From positions 1-51,193 of IMG/VR virus record IMGVR_UViG_3300035670_000303: a DNA stretch of 51,193 nucleotides, one strand, 5' to 3'. This stretch comes from a virus (Duplodnaviria; Caudoviricetes). Positions 26,138-37,000 of the stretch are shown in pieces. The notes below the pieces were generated by a model. That model saw only the letters and a program-made list of their open reading frames with translations, was not told the origin of the DNA and did no database searches. Position numbers and translations under genes: made by a program. Within the stretch, counting starts at the first letter, position 1; every line of letters starts with the position of its first letter.

Positions 26138-26955
26138 TGCCTCTGCCCCTGATGGGCCTATCCCTGGCAATGGGCGGCCTGAACGCAGGCCTGGGGATCC
26201 TTGGTGCTTCGCAGAAGCAAGCTGCCGCCGAGCAGGATTACGTCAACCAAAAGGCGTTCCAGAGCGCCAACCAGCAATTCGCCCAGTGGCAGGCGGGGTT
26301 CACCAAGCGCTACGCCGACGCCAATCAGCAGTACCAGTATTGGCAGTCCACGCTGGCCTACAACCAGCAGCGGGCCTATGTGAACAGCCTGCGCAACTTC
26401 GAGCTGAGCAAGGCAATCGCTCAGGCCGAAGTGGTCAGGCAGACGCGAGCCGCCGCTGGTGCTGACTTTGCCCTGCAGTCCGATGCGCTGAGCCAGCAGT
26501 TTGCCGAGGCCTCGATGGCTGATGCCGTGGCCTACCAGCAGTACCAGGTGGCGGCGCTCAAGGCGCGGGCGTCAGTGGCGGCCAGCGGGCAGGAAGGCAG
26601 CAGCATCGACCGGCTGATCAACGATTACGCCCGCCAGCAGGGCGACTACGCCACGATCCAGCAGATCAACGAGGGGCTGCGCAGCAGGCAGTACACGAGG
26701 GCGCAGACGGCCCAGGTGACCCAGTACCTGAGCCGATACAACAGCCAGCAGTTCTACGAGCAGCAGCCGTATCTGGAGCCGATGCGGCCCTTCCAGCCGC
26801 TGCCGACACTGCTTGCCCCGCCGGCGCCAACGATGACCGGGGCGGCGCCCAGTAGCGGCCCTGGCGTACTGGGTGGCCTGACCGGGCTGATGGGTGGCAT
26901 CAACGCTGGCATCAGCACCTACTCCACCCTCTCCAACATCGCAGCCGGTTCATGA
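26137..26955 (+). CDS. Internal virion protein (gp14-like)
   Basis: Gly/Ala-rich termini, Gln-rich coil, ASGQEGSSIDRL; position. Confidence 0.8.
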   Translation: MPLPLMGLSLAMGGLNAGLGILGASQKQAAAEQDYVNQKAFQSANQQFAQWQAGFTKRYADANQQYQYWQSTLAYNQQRAYVNSLRNFELSKAIAQAEVVRQTRAAAGADFALQSDALSQQFAEASMADAVAYQQYQVAALKARASVAASGQEGSSIDRLINDYARQQGDYATIQQINEGLRSRQYTRAQTAQVTQYLSRYNSQQFYEQQPYLEPMRPFQPLPTLLAPPAPTMTGAAPSSGPGVLGGLTGLMGGINAGISTYSTLSNIAAGS

Positions 26956-29816
26956 GCAGGGATCTTCCGCTGAACCAGATCCGCCCTGAGGCGCAGCCGC
27001 TGAGCACCTTCATCCAGCCTGCGCAGCGCCAGGTGGCGGCACCGGCCGAGCCGCTGGAGATCCCGCGGGTGGCGCAGATCAATGTGATCCAGCAGGGCAG
27101 CGGCGGCAGCATCGCCGGTGCCAACAACTTCGCCCGGACTGCTGCAGCGCTGGCGCCGTTCAACCAGCAGCTGACGCAGCTGGTGGGCACCGGGCTGGCG
27201 CTCTACGCCAAGAACGAGGTGCAGCAGGGCATCAACGAAGCGATGCGGGCGAAGGCGCTGCTCGATGAGCAGACGGCCCAGTCCGGCGCCGAGTACGCGG
27301 CCGAGAACCGCAACCTGTCGGTGCAGGACCCGATCGCGGGCCTGATGATGGATCAGGTCAACCCGTTCCGCGCAGCAGGGCGGCAGCGGGCGCTGACCGA
27401 GCTGGCTGCGATCGAGGCCCCGAGCGCGATGCTCACGGCCTACCGGCAGGCGCTGAAAGGCGGCGACGGGCAAGAGCCAGCCTTCAGGTGGAAGGAAGGC
27501 GACCCGAAGCTGGCGCAGCTCAAGGCCGAGGTGACTCAGGGCCTGGTGCAGAAGTACCAGCTGGATGAAAGCTCCCCGGGGTTTGCGCAGAAGTTCCTGC
27601 CGCAGCTCAACCAGGCCAGCGACAAGATCACCGAGCTGCAGTGGAAGGACCGCCAGGACTACCTCAAGGACTCGGTGTGGCGCACGGCCCAGGCGCAGCT
27701 GCTGGGGTTCTACAAGCAGGCCCTGGACACTGGCATCGAGTTCAACGGCGAGCGAATCACGGTTCAGCAGGGCGCCCGGTGGCGGACTGCCCTGCTTGCG
27801 GCATGGACGATCGAGCTCGACCGCATGGCCGATGAGCTGGGGATCGCGGGCGAGGTGGTCCCGATGAAAGTCCAGGCCATCCGCGGCGCACTGGCCATCG
27901 CAAACGCGAACGGCAACACCGAGCTGGTCGAGCTGCTGAGCCAGGTCGCCATTGGCCCGCCGGACAAGCACGGGTTCCGGGCGCCGGCCAGCTTCTACAT
28001 GACCGAGGACATCCTCGATTCCCAGATCAAGTACGGGGAGCTGTTCTACAAGCGGCAGCAGCGCGAGCAGGAATCACTGGGCCAGGCGTACCAGGACGAG
28101 CTGATCAACAGGACCTATGAGCTGCCGGATGACCTGGCGAGGCTGCAGGCGATTGAGGAGTTGCGGGAGGACGAGCGCTTTAAGGCGCTGCCTCTCAGCC
28201 AGAAGCTGGAGCTTGAGCAGAGCACCGTCGCCACCGTGAAGAAGGTGACGGACATGGGCCGCAGCACGGATGGCGTGGCGGCCCTGCTGCAGGACATGGA
28301 CGGTCGGGTGGGAACCCAGTGGAACGCCAGCGAGGCAACCAGCGAGTTCGAGGCGGCTCTGGCCAGTGCGCCGGAGGATCAGAAGCCTGCGCTGCGGCAG
28401 CAGTTCGCCGCGATCCGCCGCCGCAACAACGAGCGCGAGGCATCGCCCACCAGCAGGGATGTGAGCAATGTGATCGAGCTGCGGATCAAGGCCAACGCCA
28501 GGGCGGCATACCCCAACAGCGTCACCGAGGCGGCAATCCGCGAGCAAAGCGTGCAGCAGCTGATGGCCGGCCTGACCGATGCCGACGCGAAGGCGTCAGT
28601 GCAGCGGCAGTTCTCGGCCTACCAGCCGTTCGTCCGCCAGCGGATTGCCCAGGCCGAGGGCGAAAAGGGCGCACCACTCACCAATGCCGAAGCCGTCGCG
28701 GTCGCCACAAAGGCTCTTGACGAATACGGGTCGCGGGACCCCAAGCAGAAGCAGTACCTGTTCCCCGGTGTCGATGGCCAGCCGGGTGTTGCCGGCAGCC
28801 AGCCGCAGCAGCAGGGAGCAGCTGCAGGCAGCGGCGCCCAACGGCAGGGCCCGCCACCAGGCACCAGGCCCGCCACCAAGCCGGTGTACCCCAGCGGCCA
28901 GCTGGACAACATCCCCGATCGGCAGAGCCGGGTGCGCAGCTGGCGTTCTGAGCCGGTGCTGGATGCGCAGTCGGTCGTCACCGAGGCCAACCGGATCCTG
29001 TACGAGGGCGGCAAACCCAGCGCCGCGCTGCAGCGGTTCGCCAAGGACGCCGGCACCACCCCAGGCGCACTGCTCAACCGGCACATCGACTACTACCCCG
29101 GAGGCATCCGAGTGACACCAGAAGAACGCGAGCGGCTGCAGCGCGACGGCCGGCGGGCGCAGGCCACCCGCAGCGCAGCGCAGACCACGCAGACCGCTGC
29201 CAGATCGCCGCAGGACAGCCCGGTAGCGCGGGCGGCCGGGTGGATGCTCGACATGGTGATGGGCACCAGGCCAGCGGTTGCATCACAGTCCCAGCCCCGG
29301 CTGCGGTCGGCGGCCGGCGCTGGTGGCAGTGGGCAGGTGGCGATGAGGAGTGGGGGCGGCGGCGGGACGCCGCTGACCAAGCTGATCGGCTCGCATGAGA
29401 GCTACGGGGGCAACTACGGGGCCTTCAACCGTGGTGGCAGCAACCAGGGCCACACGGCCCACGGGAGCGGCATCGACCCCGGCTTGACCAACATGACCAT
29501 CGCCGAGATCCAGCGGCGACAGCTGGCGCCTGGCGTGCCCAAGGGGCAGCAGCTGCACGCTGTTGGCAAGTACCAGATCATCGGCAAGACCCTGCAGGGC
29601 CTGATCCGAAACGGCCTGGCATCGCCATCGGAGCGGTTCACCCCCGCTGTTCAGGATCGCCTGTTCATTGCGTTGGCTCGCGGGCGGATTGTTCGCGGGA
29701 ATGTTGAGGCCACCATGCGCGGATTGCAGCAGGAGTGGATAGGCCTCCAGTACGCCGACAAGGCGAAGTTGAGACAAGCAACCATCGACCTCATGCGCAA
29801 CGCGGGGATGCTCTGA
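26952..29816 (+). CDS. Internal virion protein (gp15 position) with C-terminal lambda-lysozyme-like domain
   Basis: IGSHESYGGNY, MTIAEI, AVGKYQII..TL, FTPAVQDRL, EWIGL. Confidence 0.8.
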   Translation: MSRDLPLNQIRPEAQPLSTFIQPAQRQVAAPAEPLEIPRVAQINVIQQGSGGSIAGANNFARTAAALAPFNQQLTQLVGTGLALYAKNEVQQGINEAMRAKALLDEQTAQSGAEYAAENRNLSVQDPIAGLMMDQVNPFRAAGRQRALTELAAIEAPSAMLTAYRQALKGGDGQEPAFRWKEGDPKLAQLKAEVTQGLVQKYQLDESSPGFAQKFLPQLNQASDKITELQWKDRQDYLKDSVWRTAQAQLLGFYKQALDTGIEFNGERITVQQGARWRTALLAAWTIELDRMADELGIAGEVVPMKVQAIRGALAIANANGNTELVELLSQVAIGPPDKHGFRAPASFYMTEDILDSQIKYGELFYKRQQREQESLGQAYQDELINRTYELPDDLARLQAIEELREDERFKALPLSQKLELEQSTVATVKKVTDMGRSTDGVAALLQDMDGRVGTQWNASEATSEFEAALASAPEDQKPALRQQFAAIRRRNNEREASPTSRDVSNVIELRIKANARAAYPNSVTEAAIREQSVQQLMAGLTDADAKASVQRQFSAYQPFVRQRIAQAEGEKGAPLTNAEAVAVATKALDEYGSRDPKQKQYLFPGVDGQPGVAGSQPQQQGAAAGSGAQRQGPPPGTRPATKPVYPSGQLDNIPDRQSRVRSWRSEPVLDAQSVVTEANRILYEGGKPSAALQRFAKDAGTTPGALLNRHIDYYPGGIRVTPEERERLQRDGRRAQATRSAAQTTQTAARSPQDSPVARAAGWMLDMVMGTRPAVASQSQPRLRSAAGAGGSGQVAMRSGGGGGTPLTKLIGSHESYGGNYGAFNRGGSNQGHTAHGSGIDPGLTNMTIAEIQRRQLAPGVPKGQQLHAVGKYQIIGKTLQGLIRNGLASPSERFTPAVQDRLFIALARGRIVRGNVEATMRGLQQEWIGLQYADKAKLRQATIDLMRNAGML

Positions 29817-29819
29817 CCC

Positions 29820-32800
29820 ATGCCACTGAAACTCACCGGCCCCGCACAGCCCGTCGTCCGCGACCAGCCCCAGGCCAAGTACACCGACGAGAACCGCCCG
29901 ATCGGCGCCAAGTCCATCCTGGGTGGCCGGCAGGTGGTGTGGGCTGGGCCGGATTGGCGGTGGCAGTCGCCCAAGTCCTTCGGGAAGCTCAAGAGCAGCG
30001 GCAAGCTGAACCGCTCGATCTTCAGCGACCCGCTGGGGGTGATCGGCAACGAGCTGCGCTACATCGGCCGCCAGATGCAGGCCACCAACCAGCGGGCACA
30101 ACAGGGCGCCCTGCGCAGTGTTGGCCAGGCAGTCACCAGAGCGCTGCCTGGCGTGAATGTGGTGAACGCCCTGCCGGCCGTGCTGGGGCAGACCGGCCGC
30201 AACCTGCAGGCGGGCCTCACCGTGGGCGCGGCCGAGAACGCCGCCAAGCTGGGCATCGCCCTCACGCAGAAGGTCCGCGGCCGGCCGGCTAACCCGGAGA
30301 ACGCCGGGGTAAACAGCCTGGTGGAGCGCATCAGCGATGCCGGCTACCGGGTGCTGGGCGCCACCCCGCCAGGGCAGCAGAACCAGTTTGAGCGGGGCCT
30401 TGATGCGGTCGCCCGCGGCACTGGCGCTGGCATCGTCGGCACTGCCGTCGCGGCCAAGGCCATCCCCGCCATCGGCGTTGGCGCTGCTGGCGCCGTGGTG
30501 ACAGGCGGTGTGCGGCTGGCGGCTGGCGAGGTGCTGAGCACCTTCTTCGATGACAACCGCGGCGGCAACCTGGCCAACCTGGGCGAGGCCTTTGGCCGGC
30601 CACTGCCCCTGTCGGTGAATGTCGGCGAGGACGACTGGATCGACGCGGGCCTGAAATCGCTGATCCCCAACGCCATCCCCGGCCTGCTGCTGTCCGGGGC
30701 GGGCGAAGCGGCCGGTGGCTTCAAGAACACCCGCCGGTGGCTGCGCGATCGGCGCACGGTCTCGCAGGTCACGGACGCCCGCACGCAGCTGGAGCAGGCC
30801 GGCATCACCCAGACCGATCCGGCCACGGGTGCGACGGCCTTCAAGCCGACCGAGCCGGACCCGACCGGCCAGCAGGCGCAGATCAACAAGTTCTTCGAGG
30901 ACATCGGCGAAACCGACCAGCCGCAGACGGTGTACGGCAGCCTGCGGGGTGACCAGCCGGCGGCGCCAGCACGGCCCCCAGCGGATGCGGTCGACCCGGC
31001 GCCCGCCCCTGAGGCAACCCCGGCACCCAAGGCCGATACCGAACCGGCCGCGGCCCCTACTGCCGGCGGCGAGCTGGAGGTGGAGGGCGTCGAGATCGAC
31101 CCGTTCGAGCTGATCTACGACCCCGAGCTGCCCGAGGCGGATGTGGTGTTCAACCTGGTCCGCGACCTGGACGACACCGATCTGCAGGCCCTGCTGGCCC
31201 AGCCCGGCCCGGTGGTGCCGCGCATCGACGAGCTGCTGATGGCCAGGGAGGCCATGCCGGTGCGGCCGGAGCTGGAGCAGGGCCGGGTGATGGCACCGGC
31301 CGAGAGCGTGGCTGAGCGGATCGGTGGCGATGGCCAGCCCCTGCCCTACGAGCAGACGCTGGAGGCGATGCCGCTGGAGACGCTGCGGGGTGCCGCTGCA
31401 CCGGAGAACAACCCGGCCCTGGCCCAGCTGATCGGCGACATCACCGGCCGCGAGTTCGAGGAGTTCACCAAGGCGGACATCATCGAGGGCCTCGCCAAGT
31501 ACCGGGAGCAGTCCGGCCAGGCCCTGCTGGTGCGCGACTGGCAGCAGTCATTCCGCCCCACGGGCGAGATCCAGGCCGACCCGCAGCGGTTCCAGTTCAA
31601 GCAGGGCGTCAACGAGGTGGGCGAGCAGGCCGGCAACAGCCTGGCCGGCGTGGACCGCTGGGACACGGTGGCCGAGGGCACGCTGGATGTGTGGACCGAT
31701 CCGGCCAATGGCGTCACCTATGTGGTGAACGGCCACAACCGGCTGGCCCGGGCTGCCCAGCTGGGGGTGCCCACGGTGCCGGTGCGCGAGCTGCCGGCCG
31801 CCACTGCTGAGGAGGCCCGGGCGCTGGGGGCGCTGGCAAACATCAAGGAGGGCCGCGGCACGGTGTTCGATGCCGCCAAGTTCATGCGCGACAGCGGCAT
31901 CACCGACCCGGAGCAGCTGCAGCGGATGGGTGCGCCGATGACCGATGGGCACGCTGCCCGTGGGCTGGCGCTGGCGCAGCTGCCGGACAACATCTTCCAG
32001 GCCGCCGTGGATGGCCGGCTGTCCGTTGGCAAGGCTGCAGCGATCGGCGGCAGCGGGCTGGACGAGACGCAGATGCAGAGGGCCTACAAGGCGGTGTCCT
32101 CTGGCAAGGACATGAGCGATGCCAAGTTCAGCGAGATCGTGCAGCAGGTCCGCAGCGCCCCGGTGGTGGAAGGTGATCAGGTGGATCTGTTCGGCAACAC
32201 CGAGGCGATGTCCCTGATGGGGCAGAAGGCCGATCTGGTGACCGCCATCCGTAACGATCTGCTCAAGGAGAAGCGGGTATTCGGCACCGCTGCCCGTGGC
32301 GCCGGCCGCCTGGAGCAGGGCGGCAACGTGATCAACGTGGAGAACAGCCGCGCCATCGCTGCCGACGCCGGGCAGGTGCTGGGCATGTTCGACCGACTCA
32401 AGTACGCCCCCGGCCCGGTGGGCGAACTGCTCAACGACGGCGCCCGCCAGATTGCCGAGGGCGCCAAGCCGAAGGTGATCGCTGACCGGATCCGCGGGGA
32501 GATCGCCGAGGCCGTGCGCCGCAGCCTGGACGAGCAGGGCCTGCCCACCGCACGCCCCAAGACAGGGGACCCGGGGCTAGATGCCTTCGCCGACGAAATG
32601 CGGCAGGCACGCACGGGGATAGATGAGCAAATGGCCGCAGGCGAAGAGGAGATGGCTGTTGTGGCGTATGGGCCGCTTGACTTCGAGTTCTGGGGGGATT
32701 CTCCGGTCGAAGTCCACCTGAGAAGGTTTGACGATCTCGAAGGCGACAGGCTGGCTCAAACAGGAGCAGCACAGGATCGTGCCGCCTCGATGAGCCCAAG

Positions 32801-34040
32801 GCAAAAAGCGATGCTGCTCAAAAACAGCTTTGACCGGGCAAGAACCGTTCTCGAACCGGGCCGCTACGTCCTGAACTCAGAAGTGCCGGCGACAAGAAAG
32901 ATGCTCGCCCGGCTGTACCGCGATGACCCAGATTTTGATTGGTTCAGCCGCGGCACCGACGCCCCATCTACCCCCTCTGGAGACAGCTATCCGGTCCTGA
33001 CCGTGCGCGAGCAGGGCCTGCCCACCGCCCGCCCGGCCGGTGCTGCTGCCGAGCCAGCGCCCCAGGTGGTGGAGCTCACCCCCGAGCAGCGCCAGGCTGC
33101 GCAGATCGAGGTGATCCGCCGCGCTGTGGATGAAGCCGAGGTGCGGCCACCGGAGACGCCGATCCCCGAGCTGCCCGATGGCCCGGCTCTCACCCCTGAT
33201 CTGGCCAGGGCCGACCTGGAGACCCGTGGCGGCCAGGTGGAGCCCGGCACCCCCGCTGCGCAGGCCATGGCGGATGAGATCCGCCTGGCGGCTGAGTTTG
33301 CCGAGCGCGATGCGCAGATGCGGGCCATCGCCGAGGAAGGCGCCAAGGACGCGATGGGCTACGAGCTCAAGACGTTCGAGGAGAAGAAGGCGCTGGGGAT
33401 GACGGATGGCTACGACCCCGAGCCGGTGATGCCCACGGAGGTGATGCCCCGCGACACCGGGCCATCCATCCCCGATCTGTTTGAGCAGCAGGCCAGGGAG
33501 ATCGCAGAGTCGGATGCGCGGCTGTACCGGAGGGCAGGCGAAGGACTGCAGCGGATCCGGGAGGGGCTGGATCAGCTGGATCAGCTGGAGGATCCGGCCC
33601 TGGCCCCCGCCCCGGTGCGCCCCGAGCCGCTGCAGCTGGCCGATGACCCGCCCCCCGAGCCGACGACGACGATCCGCTTCACGCCCACCCAGCGGGCCGA
33701 GCTGGAGAACATGAACGAAACCCTGCTCAGGGAAATGGGCTGGAGCCTTGATGGCCCCATGGGCAAGCAGCAGCTTGAGGCCCTGGAGCGCAACATCCGA
33801 ACCGATTACGCCAGCCCAGAAGCAGGCGGCCTTGATGAAGTCAGCCCGCAAGTGCGTCGGTCGATGATCGGCTTGGCGGACAAAATGCGGAAGGCGATCG
33901 AGGCACTGGATCAGCAGCCCCAAGGAGGCCGGCCCAAACCCCGCACCAAGACGGCCGACCAGGCCGCCCGCCAACAGATCCAAGCCAACGAACAGCGGAT
34001 GGCTGAGATCCGCCGCAAAGCTCAACAGGAGGGCTGCTGA
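29820..34040 (+). CDS. Large internal virion protein with central ParB-like domain
   Basis: I.ADPQRFQFK...VW.DP..G.TYVVNGHNRL..A.QLG...VPV; between gp15- and gp16-like genes. Confidence 0.75.
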   Translation: MPLKLTGPAQPVVRDQPQAKYTDENRPIGAKSILGGRQVVWAGPDWRWQSPKSFGKLKSSGKLNRSIFSDPLGVIGNELRYIGRQMQATNQRAQQGALRSVGQAVTRALPGVNVVNALPAVLGQTGRNLQAGLTVGAAENAAKLGIALTQKVRGRPANPENAGVNSLVERISDAGYRVLGATPPGQQNQFERGLDAVARGTGAGIVGTAVAAKAIPAIGVGAAGAVVTGGVRLAAGEVLSTFFDDNRGGNLANLGEAFGRPLPLSVNVGEDDWIDAGLKSLIPNAIPGLLLSGAGEAAGGFKNTRRWLRDRRTVSQVTDARTQLEQAGITQTDPATGATAFKPTEPDPTGQQAQINKFFEDIGETDQPQTVYGSLRGDQPAAPARPPADAVDPAPAPEATPAPKADTEPAAAPTAGGELEVEGVEIDPFELIYDPELPEADVVFNLVRDLDDTDLQALLAQPGPVVPRIDELLMAREAMPVRPELEQGRVMAPAESVAERIGGDGQPLPYEQTLEAMPLETLRGAAAPENNPALAQLIGDITGREFEEFTKADIIEGLAKYREQSGQALLVRDWQQSFRPTGEIQADPQRFQFKQGVNEVGEQAGNSLAGVDRWDTVAEGTLDVWTDPANGVTYVVNGHNRLARAAQLGVPTVPVRELPAATAEEARALGALANIKEGRGTVFDAAKFMRDSGITDPEQLQRMGAPMTDGHAARGLALAQLPDNIFQAAVDGRLSVGKAAAIGGSGLDETQMQRAYKAVSSGKDMSDAKFSEIVQQVRSAPVVEGDQVDLFGNTEAMSLMGQKADLVTAIRNDLLKEKRVFGTAARGAGRLEQGGNVINVENSRAIAADAGQVLGMFDRLKYAPGPVGELLNDGARQIAEGAKPKVIADRIRGEIAEAVRRSLDEQGLPTARPKTGDPGLDAFADEMRQARTGIDEQMAAGEEEMAVVAYGPLDFEFWGDSPVEVHLRRFDDLEGDRLAQTGAAQDRAASMSPRQKAMLLKNSFDRARTVLEPGRYVLNSEVPATRKMLARLYRDDPDFDWFSRGTDAPSTPSGDSYPVLTVREQGLPTARPAGAAAEPAPQVVELTPEQRQAAQIEVIRRAVDEAEVRPPETPIPELPDGPALTPDLARADLETRGGQVEPGTPAAQAMADEIRLAAEFAERDAQMRAIAEEGAKDAMGYELKTFEEKKALGMTDGYDPEPVMPTEVMPRDTGPSIPDLFEQQAREIAESDARLYRRAGEGLQRIREGLDQLDQLEDPALAPAPVRPEPLQLADDPPPEPTTTIRFTPTQRAELENMNETLLREMGWSLDGPMGKQQLEALERNIRTDYASPEAGGLDEVSPQVRRSMIGLADKMRKAIEALDQQPQGGRPKPRTKTADQAARQQIQANEQRMAEIRRKAQQEGC
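32531..33028 (+). repeat. 21-bp direct repeat pair bounding an in-frame 477-bp insert
   Basis: CGAGCAGGGCCTGCCCACCGC at 32531-32551 and 33008-33028. Confidence 0.85.
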
Positions 34041-34042
34041 CC

Positions 34043-37000
34043 ATGGCCAACAACTGCAACGACTACTTCGACGAGCTCCAGAAGCTGCAGGAGGACAACG
34101 ACCGCCTGCGGCAGGAGCTCGCCACCTCCGAAGCCGCACGCAAGGCCGGCGAGGCCTTCCTGCGCACCGAGGTCAAGAAGCAGTGGGTGTTCAAGATGCA
34201 GGACGGCTCAGTCCGTTCGCTCACGGATGCCGACATTGACCGGGCCTACAGCGATTTCGCCAACCGGCTCGAATCCAACGAGCTCAACCAGATCGTGCAG
34301 CGCGGCCTGGGCAATCGCTCCAAGCCGGTCGGCAGCAATGGCCGGTTTGTCAACTACCGGATGCTGATTGACACCGCCAACATCACCGACGCTGAGGACT
34401 GGGCGCGGCTCACCGAGGCGCTGGTCGGCACCTGGAAGCAGATGGCGCCAGAGGACTTCCGCCTGGTAACGGAGGTGTGGGGCCGCGACCGGCTGATGGA
34501 GACCGTGGCCAATGCCTACAAGGACTACATCGACGCGGACGCCATCGCCACATCGCTGGCGAACAACACCGCTGGGTTTATGAATCTGGCCGAGAAGATG
34601 ACCCGCCTGCGGTTCGTCTCCGACATGGCCAAGGAGGGCTACCTGAACACACTGGACCAGATCCACCAGTTCATGGGCAGCACCAGCTCCAAGGTGCCTG
34701 ACGGCCTCAAGCAGCGGGCCTGGAGCTCCTACAAGACAGCGCTGATGGCCGAGCGGCATGTGGCGGCTGCCAAGCGCAACACCGGCCAGGCGCTGCGATC
34801 GCTGCAGACCGACTTCGACCGGCCGGAGATGTTCATGCCCGACATGGCCGAGGCAGCGCAAACGCTGGGCGCCAAGGCTGCAGACGTGAAGCCGGACGAG
34901 CACTTCGCCAAGGTGATCCAGGCGATCGACAACGGCGATGCCGAGGCGATCAAGCAGCTGCGGATCGCGGCGGTGCTCGACTCGATCGACCCCAACGTCA
35001 CCCTGGGCAAGGGCTGGGCCAACACCCACATGCGCTTTGGCAATGCGCTGGTGAAGGACGCCCAGCTGACCAACTTCGGCAGCCAGGTGCGGGCCAACAT
35101 GCTCGGCACCTGGCTGGCCAACACCCACGGGTTCGCCCACCAGGCGTTCGAGAACGTCGGCAACCTCACCCCCAACGGCACGAAGTTCAGCCGGGAAGCG
35201 TTCAGCGAGGGCCTGCGGGTGGCGTGGGAGAGCGCCAAATACTCCCACGACGGGGTGCGGCGTGCCTGGCGCGAGCTGGCGGCTGATGCGTTCTTCCGTG
35301 GCGATGCACCGTTCGGCGGCAACCTCGACACCTACGGGCCCCGGGCCAGCAACAACGATCAGCTGCTCGCCCAGGTAAAGGGCCTGCTGGAGGAGCCCTA
35401 CCTGCCCGGCGGCCCACTGCGGCCGGAGAACTGGGCCCGCACGGTCCACAAGATCCAGGCCGGTGCGCGGATGCTCGCCTTCCACTGGTCGGGTGGCCGC
35501 CATGAGGTGCTCACCCCAGCGCTGCGGGCGATGAGCGCCACCGACAGCGTGCTCGGCTACGACGCCTTCCTGTTCAAGCTCAAAAACGACCTGGAGATCA
35601 AAGCCCGCCGCGACGGTGTGCAGCTGGGTCTGTTCGACCAGCGCAGCCGTGAGGAGTGGGTGGAGAAGCAACTGGACAACGCCTTCTACCAGCTGGCACC
35701 CACCGAGGAGAACGTGCTGGCCTTCCGCCGGCAGCACAAGCTCAAGGGCAGCGACATCAGCGACGACGAGATCCGCTCGATCATCACAGCCGATCGCGCA
35801 CGCAACACCTACGGCTACCCCACGCTCGACACGCCCGAGGCCCAGGGCGCCATGGACTACAGCCTGCGCAACCGGATGCAGAGCGCCCCCGAGGGTGGGC
35901 TGCCTGCCGCCATCGACGAGGCGGTGATGGCCGCCCGCAAGCACTGGGCCATCGACTCGCTGGTGCCCTACTGGCGGGCGCCGTTCAACCAGTTCCTGTT
36001 CGACACCCGCCTCACCTTCGGCCCGCTGGCCGAGACGGTCGAGGTGATCTTCGGCAAGAACCCCACCCAGGAACAGATCGCCAAGGTGCAGGCCGGCTGG
36101 GTCACCACGGGCGGGTTGCTGGGCCTGTTCGCTGGGCTGGACATGGCCGGGCTGATTGAGGGCAATGGCCCGCTGCCGCCAGAGGCACGCCGCGCCTTCC
36201 TGCTCGAAGGCCGCAAGCCCAACAGCATCGCCGGCATCCCCTACCTGGGTGGCCTGCCGATCCTCAACACGCTGTTCCTGTGGAAGGACATCAAGGAAAC
36301 CTTCGTCAGCGGCAACTACTCCAACTTCGACCAGTACAACGCCTTCTGGGGGATCGCCCAGGTGCTCACCAGCCAGCTGATCCGCCAGACCGGCTTCGGC
36401 CAGATGCAGCGGCTGATCGACGCACTGCTCGACCCCGAGAACGAAATGCCGCGGCTGGTGGGCTGGCTGGGCCAGGGCCAGCTGCCGTTCAGCGGGGTCA
36501 TGCGCGACGCGCAGCGGCTGACCGGCTTCGGCGGTGCTGACCTGTACCAGGACCGCGACCCGCTGGGTGAGGAGCGCTACGGGCTGGGCGAGGAGGACTG
36601 GCAGACCAAGACCGAACGCACCCTGCGCGGCTTGGCCTACGGCACCATCCCCCTGCTGGGCCTCCCAGGCGGCGCACCGCGCAAGGAGCAGGACTTCCTT
36701 GGCCAACCGATCCAGCTGGAGTTCGGCGCCGACTGGAAAGAAGCACTCAAGAGCCGGTTCCACCCGCGCATGTGGCCCCGCGCCTACCAGCGGGTCTATG
36801 CCGAGCTCGATGCCCAGGGCCAGCTGCGGCTGCCGCTGCCGCTGCTCACCCGCCGGCTGGAGGGCGTGGCGATGTCTGCAGAGCTGCAGAAGGAGTACAA
36901 CGACACCTTCGGCACCGTGAAGGGCAGCATCCCCCTGGAGGCCCGCGCAGAGCTGGCCGGCCGCAAGATCAACGTCACCTTCAGCTTCAAGAAGGAAATC

